Shown: positions 24,341-35,552, counted from the stretch's first letter. The stretch is 124,000 nt of DNA from Hyalangium minutum (GCF_000737315.1 NZ_JMCB01000003.1:144001-268000); one strand, 5' to 3'. Notes: generated by a model not told the origin, from the sequence alone. Translations and numbers: made by a program.

Positions 24341-27070
24341 GTGAACCATCCTCTTGCCAGCCTCGTGGGACCGCTGCGCTACGCGTGCCAGCGGGACTTC
24401 GCCCAGCTCTCCACCGTGAGGGATCTGCGTGGCGTCATCGAGCGCACCCTGGCGGGGGCCTCGGGCGTGGAGCCGCGTGCCCTGTCGCTGTTGCGCGCCG
24501 CGCTGCCCCATGTGGACCACCCCCTGTTGGACCGTCGTAAGGCCGCCCTGCGGAGGGTGGTGGCGGCGCTGAAGATGGGCGGGGTGGCCCTGCCGGCCGA
24601 GCTGGAGCAGGTGATTCGCGGAGAGACGGGCGGCTTCTTGCCCGAGCCCGTGGGGGACGGCGGCGAGGCGAGGGCAGAGGCAGCCGTAGCGCCTGTGAGG
24701 CCTCCCTCGGGCAGGCAGGAGCCGGAGCGTGAGAGTCCGGCACAGCGCCCGGCGGCGGTTCCCGCTTGGAAGTCCTCAGAGCCCGTCGCGTCTCCCGCCG
24801 CGTTGAGGTTCTCTCCGGAGACTCCGGTCCGGCCTGCGGCTGCGCGGATGTCTCCTGCGGCCGAGAAGGCGGAGAAGGTCGAGAAGAAGGCCGCCCCCGC
24901 GAAGAAGCGCAAGAGCGCGCCTGGGGCAGAGGCATCCCGGGCCGAGGCGAAGCTCCTGTCCATCGCGCCGCGCTCGGGACCGCTGTCCGTTCCGCTCAAG
25001 ACGCTGGGCAAGCGGCTGGGTCCGCGTCTGCTGGGCGCCCTCAACAAGAAGGGCTTGCGCCGGGTGGGTGACATCCTCTTCCTGCTGCCGCGCTGCTACG
25101 AGGACCGGCGCCGTCTGCTGACCATCGCCGAGCTGAACCCCGGCGAGCGCGGCGTCACCGTGGGCATCGTCAAGCACGCGGACTATGCCGCCGGCCGCAA
25201 TGGCAAGCGCTACTTCAAGGCCGTCATCGCGGACCGCTCCGGCAGCATCGCCTGCACCTACTTCCACGCGGGCCCCTGGCTGAAGGCGCGCTTCACGGTG
25301 GGCAAGCGGATCGTGCTCTCGGGTGAGGTGCGCGCCTCCACCACCGGGCGCGAGATGGCCCACCCGGAGATCGAGCCTGCCGAGGACATCGAGTCCTCCT
25401 CCGTCCACTTCAGCCGCATCGTCCCGGTGTACCCAGGCTTCGAGCGGGGCGATCAGCGCTCGTTCCGCGAGGTCGCCGCTCGGGTTGCCGACTCCTACGC
25501 CCAGCACCTTGAGGAGCCTCTCCCCGAGTCTCTCCGCAAGCGGCTGGGGTTGATGACGCTCACCGAGGCCCTGCGCAGCATCCACTTCCCCCCGGATGAG
25601 TCGGACCTGGGCCTGCTCGATGCGCACCGCAGCCCCGCGCACCGGCGGCTCGCGTTCGATGAGCTGTTCTTCCTGCAGCTCGGGGTAGGGCTCAAGCGCC
25701 AAGGCGTGAAGGTGGAGAAGGGCATCGCCTTCAATGTCTCCCCCGAGCGGCTGGCACAGGCGCGGGGCGCGCTCCCGTTCCAGCTCACCGGCGCCCAGTC
25801 CCGGGTGGTCGAGCAGCTTGCCCAGGACATGGCTCGCTCCGAGCCCATGAACCGGCTCGTCCAGGGCGACGTGGGCTCTGGCAAGACGGCCGTGGCACTC
25901 GTGGCCGCGCTGGTTGCGCTGCAGGACGGCTACCAGGTGGCCGTGATGGCGCCCACGGAGATCCTCGCCGAGCAGCACGAGCGCACCTTCCAGCGCCTCC
26001 TGGAGCCGCTCGGGTTCCGGGTGGGGCTGGTCAGCGCCGCCGGTACCGCCAAGCAGAAGCGCGAGGTCCGCGAGGCCGTGGCCCGAGGGGAGATCCACCT
26101 CGCCGTGGGCACGCACGCGCTCGTCCAGGAAGAGATGTCCTTTGATCGGCTGGGGTTGGCTGTCATCGACGAGCAGCACCGCTTCGGTGTGCTCCAGCGC
26201 CACACGCTCATGAGCAAGGGCCCCAAGCCGGACGTGCTGGTGATGACCGCCACGCCCATCCCTCGCACCCTGGCGATGACGCTCTATGGAGATCTGGACG
26301 TCTCCATCATCGACGAGCTGCCCCCGGGCCGTACGCCCGTGTCCACCCGTGTCTTCAGTGAGCAGCACCGTCCTCGCGTCTACGAAGGTGTGGCCGCCGA
26401 GCTGGCCAAGGGCCACCAGGCCTACGTCGTCTATCCGCTGGTCGAGGAGTCCGAGAAGCTCGACCTGGAGGACGCCACGCGGGGCGCGGACAAGCTCCAG
26501 CAGGTGTTCCCACAGGCGCGGGTGGGCCTGCTCCACGGGCGCATGAAGCCCGAGGAGAAGGACGCCGTCATGGAGGACTTCCGCCAGAAGCGCATCCACC
26601 TCTTGGTGTGCACCACCGTGGTGGAGGTGGGCGTGGACGTGCCCAACGCCTCGGTGATGGTCATCGAGCACGCCGAGCGCTTCGGCCTCTCGCAGCTGCA
26701 CCAGTTACGCGGCCGGGTGGGGCGCGGCGCCGCCGTGAGCCACTGCTACCTCGTGGCCAGCCCGGCCCGATCCTGGGAGTCCACCGAGCGTCTGTCGGTG
26801 ATGGAGCACAGCAATGACGGCTTCGTCATCGCGGAGAAGGATCTGGAGATCCGCGGGCCCGGCGAATTCCTCGGCACGCGGCAGAGCGGAATGCCCGAGC
26901 TCGCGGTGGCCAACCTGGCGAGGGACGGGGATCTGCTCGCGGTGGCCCAGGTCGAGGCCCGGCGCATCCTGGAGGCGGATCCGCACCTGCGTGCCTCCGA
27001 TCATCAGGGGCTGGTCAAGGCGCTCGAGGAGCGGTGGGAAGGCCGGTTGGCGCTGGCCCAGGTGGGGTAG
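24341..27070 (+). CDS. recG: ATP-dependent DNA helicase RecG (with Pro/Ala-rich N-terminal insert)
   Basis: QGDVGSGKT, DEQHRFG, MTATPIPRTL, QLRGRVGRG. Confidence 0.96.
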   Translation: MNHPLASLVGPLRYACQRDFAQLSTVRDLRGVIERTLAGASGVEPRALSLLRAALPHVDHPLLDRRKAALRRVVAALKMGGVALPAELEQVIRGETGGFLPEPVGDGGEARAEAAVAPVRPPSGRQEPERESPAQRPAAVPAWKSSEPVASPAALRFSPETPVRPAAARMSPAAEKAEKVEKKAAPAKKRKSAPGAEASRAEAKLLSIAPRSGPLSVPLKTLGKRLGPRLLGALNKKGLRRVGDILFLLPRCYEDRRRLLTIAELNPGERGVTVGIVKHADYAAGRNGKRYFKAVIADRSGSIACTYFHAGPWLKARFTVGKRIVLSGEVRASTTGREMAHPEIEPAEDIESSSVHFSRIVPVYPGFERGDQRSFREVAARVADSYAQHLEEPLPESLRKRLGLMTLTEALRSIHFPPDESDLGLLDAHRSPAHRRLAFDELFFLQLGVGLKRQGVKVEKGIAFNVSPERLAQARGALPFQLTGAQSRVVEQLAQDMARSEPMNRLVQGDVGSGKTAVALVAALVALQDGYQVAVMAPTEILAEQHERTFQRLLEPLGFRVGLVSAAGTAKQKREVREAVARGEIHLAVGTHALVQEEMSFDRLGLAVIDEQHRFGVLQRHTLMSKGPKPDVLVMTATPIPRTLAMTLYGDLDVSIIDELPPGRTPVSTRVFSEQHRPRVYEGVAAELAKGHQAYVVYPLVEESEKLDLEDATRGADKLQQVFPQARVGLLHGRMKPEEKDAVMEDFRQKRIHLLVCTTVVEVGVDVPNASVMVIEHAERFGLSQLHQLRGRVGRGAAVSHCYLVASPARSWESTERLSVMEHSNDGFVIAEKDLEIRGPGEFLGTRQSGMPELAVANLARDGDLLAVAQVEARRILEADPHLRASDHQGLVKALEERWEGRLALAQVG

Positions 27071-27124
27071 CCGCCTGCCAGGACCCACGCACCGTGGCTA
27101 GATTCCCAGGAGCGGGGTGCGGCC

Positions 27125-27760
27125 ATGGGTGACTTGGAGCTCGCGGACTTCCTGGAGCGGCAGGGGATCCGAGATCGGCGGGTGCTCGATGCAATCCGGC
27201 GCTTGAGCCGGGCGGACTTCGTTCCGGAGACCGCGCGCGATGCCGCCACCCAGGACTCCCCGTTGTCCATTGGTCATGGGCAGACCATCAGCCAGCCCTA
27301 CATCGTGGCGCTCATGTCCCAAGCCCTCGAGCTGCAGGGACACGAGCGGGTGCTGGAGATCGGCACCGGCTCGGGCTACCAGACAGCCGTCCTGGCGCTC
27401 CTGTGTCGGGAAGTGTACTCCGTGGAGATCGTGCCCTCGCTCGCCCGCTCGTCGAGGAAGCTGCTGAGGCAGTTGGGCTTCGAGAACGTCTATCTGCGGC
27501 TGGGGGATGGCACGCAGGGGTGGCCCGAAGCCGCGCCCTTTGACGCCACTATCGGCACGGCGGCTCCCGAGGCCGTACCTCCCAAGCTGCTCGGGCAGCT
27601 TCGGCCCGGGGGGCGCATGGTCATCCCGGTGGGTTCCCAGGGGCAGAGCCAGGAACTGCTGCGAATCACCCGCGCCCGGCAAGGCGGTGTCCCCCGGGTC
27701 GAGCACCTGCTCCCCGTGCGGTTCGTGCCGATGACGGGGGAGGCCTTGAACCCGGGGTAG
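27125..27760 (+). CDS. pcm: Protein-L-isoaspartate O-methyltransferase
   Basis: GQTISQPYIVA, LEIGTGSGYQ, VRFVPM. Confidence 0.95.
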   Translation: MGDLELADFLERQGIRDRRVLDAIRRLSRADFVPETARDAATQDSPLSIGHGQTISQPYIVALMSQALELQGHERVLEIGTGSGYQTAVLALLCREVYSVEIVPSLARSSRKLLRQLGFENVYLRLGDGTQGWPEAAPFDATIGTAAPEAVPPKLLGQLRPGGRMVIPVGSQGQSQELLRITRARQGGVPRVEHLLPVRFVPMTGEALNPG

Positions 27761-27807
27761 AGCACTGTGCGTTGCCCCCGGGCGCCTCGGCCCGTTAACG
27801 TGCGCTC

Positions 27808-28389
27808 ATGATCATCTGCCCGGTGTGTGAGCACCAGCAGGCCCAAGGGGACGAGTGCGACAACTGTGGCAAGAAGCTCCAGGTGCCCAGAGCCGCCGCC
27901 GCCGTGGCCGTGCAAACCCTCCCTGAACTCGAGCAGACCCTCCACGCGGGTGGGCGTGTGGCGGTCGATGCCCCTCTTATTCCCGAACTGGACTCGACCC
28001 GCCAGAAGGCCGGGCCGGACCTGCCCGTCCAGGTGGTGCAGGACATGGAGACCACCCGCGCGGCGCCCATCGACAAGGTGAGCGTCGAGGCCGTGACGGA
28101 CCTGGACACGGGCCGCGCGGCGGATGACGGGGTTCGCACGGCGGCGCCCACGGGCGCAGTGGTGTGCCGGTACTGCCGCAACGTCCAGGCCGATGGCATT
28201 GTGTGCGACAAGTGCGGCATGCGGCTGCCCAAGGCCCGTCCTGCCCCGCAGGCCGCGGCGAAGGGGGCTGGGGCCTCCGCGTCGGCGGAGGATCTGACGT
28301 GGATGCCGTGCCAGAAGTGCCGGACGCCCACCCGGCCCAACAAGATCTGCTCGGTCTGTGGCACGCGCGTGGTAGCAGTCGACGCATGA
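27808..28389 (+). CDS. Multi zinc-ribbon protein
   Basis: Six CxxC pairs (CPVC, CDNC, CRYC, CDKC, CQKC, CSVC). Confidence 0.75.
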   Translation: MIICPVCEHQQAQGDECDNCGKKLQVPRAAAAVAVQTLPELEQTLHAGGRVAVDAPLIPELDSTRQKAGPDLPVQVVQDMETTRAAPIDKVSVEAVTDLDTGRAADDGVRTAAPTGAVVCRYCRNVQADGIVCDKCGMRLPKARPAPQAAAKGAGASASAEDLTWMPCQKCRTPTRPNKICSVCGTRVVAVDA

Positions 28390-29726
28390 GCACTCAGCCG
28401 AGTTCCGGTTTCCGCGCGGAGTACGCCTGCAGCGAGGGCTGCGGCTTCCGCGCATCCTTGTGGGAAGTCATCTACCGCTGCCCGAAGTGCGGCTCGCTGC
28501 TGGAGGTGGCGCACGATCTGGAGGCGCTGCGCTCGGTGCCGGCGGCGGAGTGGAAGCGCCGCTTCGAGTCACGGTTCGGGTCCGCGCGGCTGCCGAATGC
28601 CTCGGGCGTGTGGGGCAAGCACGAGTGGGTGTGCCCCGAGCTGCCCGTGGAGGACATCGTCTCGCTGGGCGAGGGCCGGGTGCCGCTCATGCCGCTGCGG
28701 CGGATGGCCTCCGAGCTGGGGCTGGCGAGCCTGGAGCTCAAGGAGTGCGGCGTCTCGCCGACGGGGAGCTTCAAGGACTGGGGCATGACGGTGCTGGTGT
28801 CCGCGGTGAAGCACCTGCGGGCCCGGGGCGTGCCCATCCGCGCGGTGGCATGCGCGTCCACGGGAGACACCTCGGCGGCGCTGTCCGCGTACGCGGCGGC
28901 GGCGGGGATCCCCTCGGTGGTGTTCCTGCCCAAGGACAAGGTGTCGCTGGCACAGCTGGTGCAGCCCATCGCCAACGGGGCGAAGGTGCTCTCGCTGGAC
29001 ACGGACTTCGACGGCTGCATGAAGCTGGTGCAGCAGGTGACGGAGGACCGGGGGCTGTATCTGGCCAACTCGATGAACTCGCTGCGCATCGAGGGCCAGA
29101 AAGTGGTCGCCATGGAGCTGTGCCAGGACCTGGACTGGGAGCCGCCGGACTGGGTGGTGATCCCTGGCGGCAACCTGGGCAACGCGAGCGCCCTGGGCAA
29201 GGGCTTCCAGATGCTGAAGGCCATGGGGCTGATCTCCCGGCTGCCGCGGATCGCGGTGGCGCAGGCGCAGCGGGCCAACCCGCTGTTCCGGGCCTTCCGT
29301 GGCGGATTCCAGGAACTGCTGCCGATGAAGGCGGAGAAGACGCTGGCCTCGGCGATCCAGATTGGCAATCCGGTGTCGTTCCGGCGGGCGGTGCGGACGT
29401 TGCAGGCGTTCGACGGGGTGGTGGAGGAGGCCACGGAGTCCGAGCTGGCGAACGCAGCGGCCCGGGCCGATCGCGAGGGCACCTTCACCTGCCCGCACAC
29501 GGGCGTGGCGCTGGCGGCGGTGGAGAAGCTGGTGGCCCAAGGGGTGATCGCCAAGGGCTCGCGGGTGGCGGTGGTGTCCACGGCGCACGGACTGAAGTTC
29601 GCGGACTTCAAGGTGGGGTACCACCGGGGCACGCTGGCGGACGTGGAGAGCCGGCGGGCCAATCCCCCAGTGGAGCTGCCGGCGGAGCTGGGGGCAGTCC
29701 GCAAGGCCCTGGAATCTCTGGGTTAG
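28386..29726 (+). CDS. thrC: Threonine synthase
   Basis: PTGSFKD, CASTGDTS, PGGNLGN; ATGA overlap with upstream gene. Confidence 0.93.
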   Translation: MSTQPSSGFRAEYACSEGCGFRASLWEVIYRCPKCGSLLEVAHDLEALRSVPAAEWKRRFESRFGSARLPNASGVWGKHEWVCPELPVEDIVSLGEGRVPLMPLRRMASELGLASLELKECGVSPTGSFKDWGMTVLVSAVKHLRARGVPIRAVACASTGDTSAALSAYAAAAGIPSVVFLPKDKVSLAQLVQPIANGAKVLSLDTDFDGCMKLVQQVTEDRGLYLANSMNSLRIEGQKVVAMELCQDLDWEPPDWVVIPGGNLGNASALGKGFQMLKAMGLISRLPRIAVAQAQRANPLFRAFRGGFQELLPMKAEKTLASAIQIGNPVSFRRAVRTLQAFDGVVEEATESELANAAARADREGTFTCPHTGVALAAVEKLVAQGVIAKGSRVAVVSTAHGLKFADFKVGYHRGTLADVESRRANPPVELPAELGAVRKALESLG

Positions 29727-29801
29727 GGCCGCAGGGAAGGCGGGGCAGGGGCGCGCGGGCGGCTCGACGCCGGGCCGAGGCTGCGCTATGTCCCCGGCCC
29801 C

Positions 29802-30143
29802 GTGAACGCCCCTACCTCCGATGAGTTGCGCTCTCAGCATGAGCGCCTTCAGGCCAGCCTGGCCACGCGCCAGAGCGTCCTGCACTTCGCCCACACGGGC
29901 GTGTCGATCCTCGTGGCGATGATCCTCTCGGGGGCGGCGGCCAAGCTGTTCTGGGACTCGTCGAAGGTGCCGTACCTGGGCTTCGCGGTGGTCGCCGTGG
30001 TGCTGGGATTGGTGAGCTACAGCGTGGTGCACTACCGCAAGGGGCGCCGGGAACTGGCCGAGGAGCTGAAGCGCTACGGCGATCTGCTGGAGCTGCGCCG
30101 CCAGCTGCAACTGGACAACCCCTCGAAGCTGCTGCCCCGGTGA
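29802..30143 (+). CDS. Hypothetical two-TM membrane protein
   Basis: Two hydrophobic helices, in operon with thrC/tmk. Confidence 0.65.
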   Translation: MNAPTSDELRSQHERLQASLATRQSVLHFAHTGVSILVAMILSGAAAKLFWDSSKVPYLGFAVVAVVLGLVSYSVVHYRKGRRELAEELKRYGDLLELRRQLQLDNPSKLLPR

Positions 30144-30805
30144 GCGCGCTCCGCAGAAAGGCCGCGGGGCGCGGGCGTTTCCTCGTCCTGGAGGGACTGG
30201 ACGGCGCGGGGACCACGACGCAAGCCGAGCGGCTTGCGGCGGCCCTGCGCGCGGACGGGCACTCGGTGATGACGACGCGGGAGCCCTCGGATGGGCCCAT
30301 TGGGACGCTGATCCGTCAGGCGCTCACGGGGCGATTGGTACTGCCCGGGGGCGCGGGCCCGCTGGCGCAGGAGACGCTGGCGCTGCTCTACGCGGCGGAC
30401 CGGACGGATCACCTGAAGGCGAGGGTGCTGCCGGCGCTGGAGGCAGGGCAGATCGTCATCAGCGATCGGTACGTGCTGTCCTCGCTGGCGTACCAGGGCG
30501 CGAGCTTGTCCATGGCGTGGGTGGAGGCGGCGAACGGGTACGCGGTGCCGCCGGATCTCACGCTGTTCGTGCACGTGTCTCCAGCGGTGGCGGCACAGCG
30601 GCGGGCGGCGCGGGGAGGGGCGAAGGAACTGTTCGAGGAGGACGCGCTCCAGCGGCGGATTGCCCGCCAGTACGAAGAGGCGATCCGCCGGCGCGAGGCG
30701 CAGGAGAAGATCGTCCGGATCGACGGCGAGCAATCCGTGGAGGCCGTGACGGAGGCCTGCCTGGCGGAGATCCGCAAACTGTTCGGGCGCAAGCGCGCGC
30801 GCTGA
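30140..30805 (+). CDS. tmk: Thymidylate kinase
   Basis: EGLDGAGTTTQ, TREP, DRY..SSLAYQG. Confidence 0.95.
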   Translation: MSALRRKAAGRGRFLVLEGLDGAGTTTQAERLAAALRADGHSVMTTREPSDGPIGTLIRQALTGRLVLPGGAGPLAQETLALLYAADRTDHLKARVLPALEAGQIVISDRYVLSSLAYQGASLSMAWVEAANGYAVPPDLTLFVHVSPAVAAQRRAARGGAKELFEEDALQRRIARQYEEAIRRREAQEKIVRIDGEQSVEAVTEACLAEIRKLFGRKRAR

Positions 30806-30808
30806 GGG

Positions 30809-33597
30809 CTAAGGCAGCCGGAGCTGGAGCACCACGGTGATGTAGGTGGGCCCCACTTTGGTGATCTCGTAGTTCACGGTTCCCTGGTGCCGGACGGCGA
30901 CCCAGAACGAGGTGCCGTCGGCGGAGCTCATCAGTGGCGTGGCCTTGTTGCCCAGCAGATCGCCTCCGTAGGTGAAGAAGTAGGAGGGATCGTTGATCCG
31001 TCCATACTCGAGCCCCGCGTTGTAGCTGGGCCGGACAGAGATCGTCCCCGAGGCCGTCGAGGTGAGGGCGAAGTGGCCGGCCCGCAGGTCGAGGTTGGAG
31101 ACTGGTGTCGCGGCCAGCGGCCGCCCGTCCAGCGCATGCTCGGCGAGGAAGTAGGCCTGTGCATTGAACGGCACGTAGCCGTTGCCGATGTCCAGGTACC
31201 CTTCGGTGGGGTGCCAGAGGGAGAGGACCCGATCCGGTCCGAGGACGATCGCCGTGAGGACTCCGCCCCTGACGGTCTGGGTGCCTGTGGGTGCGCCGTC
31301 CTGGAAGAGCGTGAGCGTGGAGAGCGCAACGGTGTTGAAAGGGTTGGGGAGTGCCACGGTCGCGCGCCCGTTCGCCAGGGCGAGCCCCGCAGTGCCCGCT
31401 GCCGCCGCGTCCGCTTGTAAGCCCCGGAAGAGCACACTCCCTGTGGAGTTCCGATAGACGAACAGGTTGAACGCGGAGACGCCCAGCGAGCCGAAGCCGT
31501 TGACGTTCGAGAGCACCAGGCCCGCCGTGTCATCGTTGCCCACGGCGGCGGCCATCAGCTGGGTCCCGGAGGGCACATCGGCGAGGCGCTCCAGGGCCTG
31601 GAAGCTCCCGTTGGCATAGTGGGCGAGGACCAGGACGGGCGCGGAGTTGCTGCCCACCGTGCCGCTGGGGAAGCTCAGAGAGCGATCGGCATAGAAGAGC
31701 GCGGAGGTCGTTCCATTGGACTGGATCCCGATCGCAACAGGGGTCATGGGCACGGTCGCGGCCCACACCTGCCCATTGGCTTCACGGACCGCGAGCACCT
31801 CTCCGGACGGGAGGGTGGCCACCGTGCCGCCGAAGGAGATGTCGCCATTGGTGGTGGCGATGATCGCGACGCGGCCATCGCGGGCGGCGAACCGGTTCAC
31901 CCCGACGGTCGATCCATTGGCGGTGGTGATCGGGAGGACGGCAGCCACGGGCGTGTGCCGGAACCGGATAGAGGCCGGGGTCGTGGGGCCTGCGGGCACG
32001 TCGAACCAGATGTATCCATAAAGGGACAAGAAGGGCTCGTAGCCGGGGTATTGCTCCAGCACGCTGCGAGCGTCGGGCTCGAAGAAGAGCTGGTGGCGTG
32101 AGCCGACTGGGAGCTCGACGGTGCAGGTGGAGGTGCAGTCGATGGTGCCATCCGCCGAGCGCACCCTGCCGCCGCCGGTCCCCCCGAAAGTGAAGGTGAT
32201 GGTCGTCCGCTCGCGGACGAACTGCGCGTCGGGCGGCCGGATGAAGACGCGATGGCCATCCCACGCGGCGGCGATCGTGCCGTCCGGGCCCACAGCGGCA
32301 GTGGGGTGATAGAAGGGGTCTGGGCTGGGACTTCCGCCCTCGGGGCCAGACTGCTCGGGGTTGATCAGCTCCGAGCGGAGGCTGCCGTCGCGAGCCACCT
32401 CCGTGAGTGCAAGCGGTGGGTGGCGTCCCTTGTAGAGCCCGTGGACGACTCGCAGGGGCCCATCGTCGCGCGTGGCGATGCGAGGGTAGGCGATGGGGCC
32501 CAGCTCGTACGAGGTCCAGGCGGTCCCGTCATACACGCCATAGATTCCGCGGCCGCTGATGACGTATCCGCCCAGGCCATCCGGGTTGCTGCCGATCTCG
32601 TCATAGACGTACGTGACGTGGACCTGACCGCGCCCGTCCACTCTCACGCTGCCGCCGAAGCCCGCGGCCACTCCGTCCTTCGGGAGAGGGATGAGCTCGA
32701 AGCCTCCGGCCCGTTGGTAGAAGACCTTCTGGTACGACTCCACGAGCAGCACCAGGTTGCCATTCGCATCCAGGGTGCCGTCCACCATCCGCGCGGACAG
32801 GGGCTCTCCCGTCATCAGGGCTGGCAAGGCCACGCGGCTCCAAGCGCCGGAGTCGCGGCGGTAGAGCTCCACCTCTCCGTTGGTCCTGTTGACGAGGACA
32901 TGAGGCAGGCCGTTGTGCAGGAGCACGCGCATCTCGTAGACGGGGTTGCCCTGTCCGGCGACGCGCTCTTCGGTCCATTCGCTTCGGCCTCCCAGGGGAC
33001 GGGAGCGGTAGAAGAGCTCGTAGGAGCTCTGGGCGAGATAGGCGAAGTGGAGGGTGGTCTCATCCACGGCCATGCCCGAGTTGCGGAAGGCGGGCAGGGG
33101 AGACAGCACCGGCTCACACGCGCCCGTGAAGCGGCTGTACGTGGCTGGGGCGATGGGGTTGGAACCACAGGAGAGGCTTCCGCCGCTGACGGAGGTGGCC
33201 GCATGGACACCGCCCCGGGCATCCACCGCCAACGAGGTGGCACCGGAGAGAAATGCGGAGCAAAGCAGTCCCGGCACCTCGAAGTAGCCGTGGGAGAGGG
33301 CGGAGGAAGCGCACGTGGCGGACCAGGAGAAGGAGCGGCTGCCGGAGGTGGCCTGGGTGGACTGGAGCTTGAGTTCTCCTTGGCGAGTGAGTGCGAGGAT
33401 GCGCGTGCGCAACTGGGTGCCAGGAGGCGTCTTCGAGTCCCGGATCACGGTCTGTAGCAGCTCGCCGTTGTTCACCTCGAAGGTGGCGATCTGGGCGGCT
33501 TCCCCCAAGGAGCCGCGCGTGCCCACATAGCCGAGCCCTTGCAGTCACAGGCCGAGGCAGCCAGGGAAAGGAGCACACCCAGGAGCAATGAGCGCAA
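30809..33597 (-). pseudogene. Large beta-rich lipoprotein (propeller-like + InlB-B-like repeat) with a -1 frameshift near 33537
   Basis: AGGAGG + TTG 33597 gives MRSLLLGVLLSLAASAC lipobox in a different frame from the 905-aa body; one extra G in the GGG run at 33536-33538 would join them. Confidence 0.6.
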
Positions 33598-33692
33598 GAA
33601 GGACCTCCTGTTGGGGGGATCTCTTCATAGCACTCTGAGTGCGTCCTGGTGGGAGGTCAGGTACGCTCGTGGTCGCTCATCCGCGAGGGCTC

Positions 33693-33908
33693 ATGAACCT
33701 GCGTGCAAAGCTGGTGCTTGGGGGCCTGTTGGTTGTCGGGACAGGCTGTCCGCATGACTGGATGAAGGGGGGCACCAACGATCGGGCCATGGCCAAGGAC
33801 ATGCGGGAGATGCTGGAGGATGACGAGGAGTGTCCTGAGGGAAAGACCCTGCGGGCAGATTGCGTGAACACGCTTCCTGACGGTTCCTGCCGGGTGACAT
33901 GTCAGTGA
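33693..33908 (+). CDS. Small myxobacterial lipoprotein
   Basis: LVVGTGC lipobox, Cys-containing tail. Confidence 0.6.
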   Translation: MNLRAKLVLGGLLVVGTGCPHDWMKGGTNDRAMAKDMREMLEDDEECPEGKTLRADCVNTLPDGSCRVTCQ

Positions 33909-34795
33909 GCGGCCGCACGTGGCCGGTATGGGTGGGGGCTCTCCTGCTGCCTGTGCCGCTCGTCTTGTTGGTGAGCCAGGTGTTCCACGCTGGATTCAGA
34001 TCAGGTGGTGCAGGGGATGAGCGCTTCAGCCCCGTGCTGTCTCTGGAAGAGAAACGAAGACTGCTGACCTTCGATCACACCTGCCAAGGCAGCGAAGATT
34101 GCGAGTCCCCCCTCGGCTGCCTTCAGGATTTCAGGCGATTCAATCTGAGCGTGTGCATCAGCAGTGAGTGTGAAGTGGATACCCAATGTCCTGAGGGCCA
34201 AGCGTGCAGAGCATTCAAGACGCAAGGGGACGGACCTCTGGTTCGCTTGTGTGTAGCAACAGGCACACGCAGGGAAGGCCAGGGCTGCAGCCGTCTCCCC
34301 AACAGGCAGGATCAAGCTTGTGAGCAGGGACTGCTCTGCAACAAGGGGTACTGCGGGCGACCGTGCCAGCCAGGAACCTCGGACGGCTGCCCGAACGGTT
34401 TCGTCTGCGGGGAAGGTCCTGAGTTCGCTTCGTGCCTGCCTGCATGCGAGGAGGGGCAGTGCCCTCAGGGACAAGAATGCGTTCCCTTCGAGGGGCGTTT
34501 CGCGGTCTGTGCCCGAGTGGTTGGAGACAACTGCAGGAGGGCTCCGTGTCCTCAGGGCCAGGAGTGCCGGATCGGTCAAGCCCCAGGGGAGGGGGACAGA
34601 GTGACGATGGAATGCCTCACTCCGTGCGACGCTCGGGAGCGCCCATGCCCAGCGGGTTCTGCTTGCTTCTTTGGGTACTGTGGACGCGTTTGCGATCCGA
34701 AGAGTGAGGGGGCTTGCGGTCCACGTGAGTTCTGCAACCTGCACATGAACCCCACCTCCCGCGAGAAGTTCTGGTTCTGCAGCCCCCAGCAGTAG
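33899..34795 (+). CDS. Membrane-anchored cysteine-rich repeat protein
   Basis: N-terminal TM, more than 30 Cys in C-x5-C-x4/5-C repeats; lower GC. Confidence 0.7.
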   Translation: MSVSGRTWPVWVGALLLPVPLVLLVSQVFHAGFRSGGAGDERFSPVLSLEEKRRLLTFDHTCQGSEDCESPLGCLQDFRRFNLSVCISSECEVDTQCPEGQACRAFKTQGDGPLVRLCVATGTRREGQGCSRLPNRQDQACEQGLLCNKGYCGRPCQPGTSDGCPNGFVCGEGPEFASCLPACEEGQCPQGQECVPFEGRFAVCARVVGDNCRRAPCPQGQECRIGQAPGEGDRVTMECLTPCDARERPCPAGSACFFGYCGRVCDPKSEGACGPREFCNLHMNPTSREKFWFCSPQQ

Positions 34796-34807
34796 AGTCT
34801 GGTGCCC

Positions 34808-35539
34808 ATGGAGCGCACAGGAGCAGCGGCGGTCATCATCGGCAACGAGGTCCTCACCGCGAAGGTGGTGGACGCCAACGGGCCCCACCTCATCCGGAGG
34901 CTGAGGGAGACGGGCATTCCGCTGCGCTCGGTAGAGATCGTCACGGACGACGTGGATGCCATCGTCGACGCGGTGGTGCGGGCTCGTTCCCGGGCGGAGT
35001 ACGTCTTCACCAGCGGAGGCATTGGTCCCACGCATGATGACGTCACGGTGCGCGCGGTGGCGCTGGCGATGGGGCGCGAAGTGGTGCGGTTGCCGGAGAT
35101 GGTGGAGCTCATCCGCAACCGATACGATTCTGTGACCGGCGAGGCCATGCGTCTGGCGGACGCGCCTGAAGGCACAGTGCTGCTTCATCAAGAGGGTAGC
35201 TGGTTCCCCGTACTGACGGTGGACAAGGTTTTCCTGCTACCGGGGGTGCCGCAGCTCTTCCGGCTCCAGTTGGAGACGGTGCTGAAGCAACTTCAAGGGA
35301 CTCCGGTGTTCCTGCGCTGCCTCTACCTGCGGCTGGGCGAGAGCACCATCGCCGCGGTACTAGACCGGGTGGCGCTAGACATGCCGCACGTTGCCATCGG
35401 CTCCTACCCGGTGTTTGACGCGGAGCTGGACTACCGGGTCAAGGTGACGATCGAAGCCGCCGAGCTGGCGCAGGTGGAGGAGGCGCTGGCTCGCATCCGA
35501 GTCGGGCTGCCTGCGGACGCGGTGGTGAGAGCGGAGTAA
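34808..35539 (+). CDS. Molybdopterin-binding / CinA N-terminal-like protein
   Basis: IIGNEVL..KVVDANG, SGGIGPTHDDVT, LPGVP. Confidence 0.85.
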   Translation: MERTGAAAVIIGNEVLTAKVVDANGPHLIRRLRETGIPLRSVEIVTDDVDAIVDAVVRARSRAEYVFTSGGIGPTHDDVTVRAVALAMGREVVRLPEMVELIRNRYDSVTGEAMRLADAPEGTVLLHQEGSWFPVLTVDKVFLLPGVPQLFRLQLETVLKQLQGTPVFLRCLYLRLGESTIAAVLDRVALDMPHVAIGSYPVFDAELDYRVKVTIEAAELAQVEEALARIRVGLPADAVVRAE

Positions 35540-35552
35540 GCAACACAGTCTT

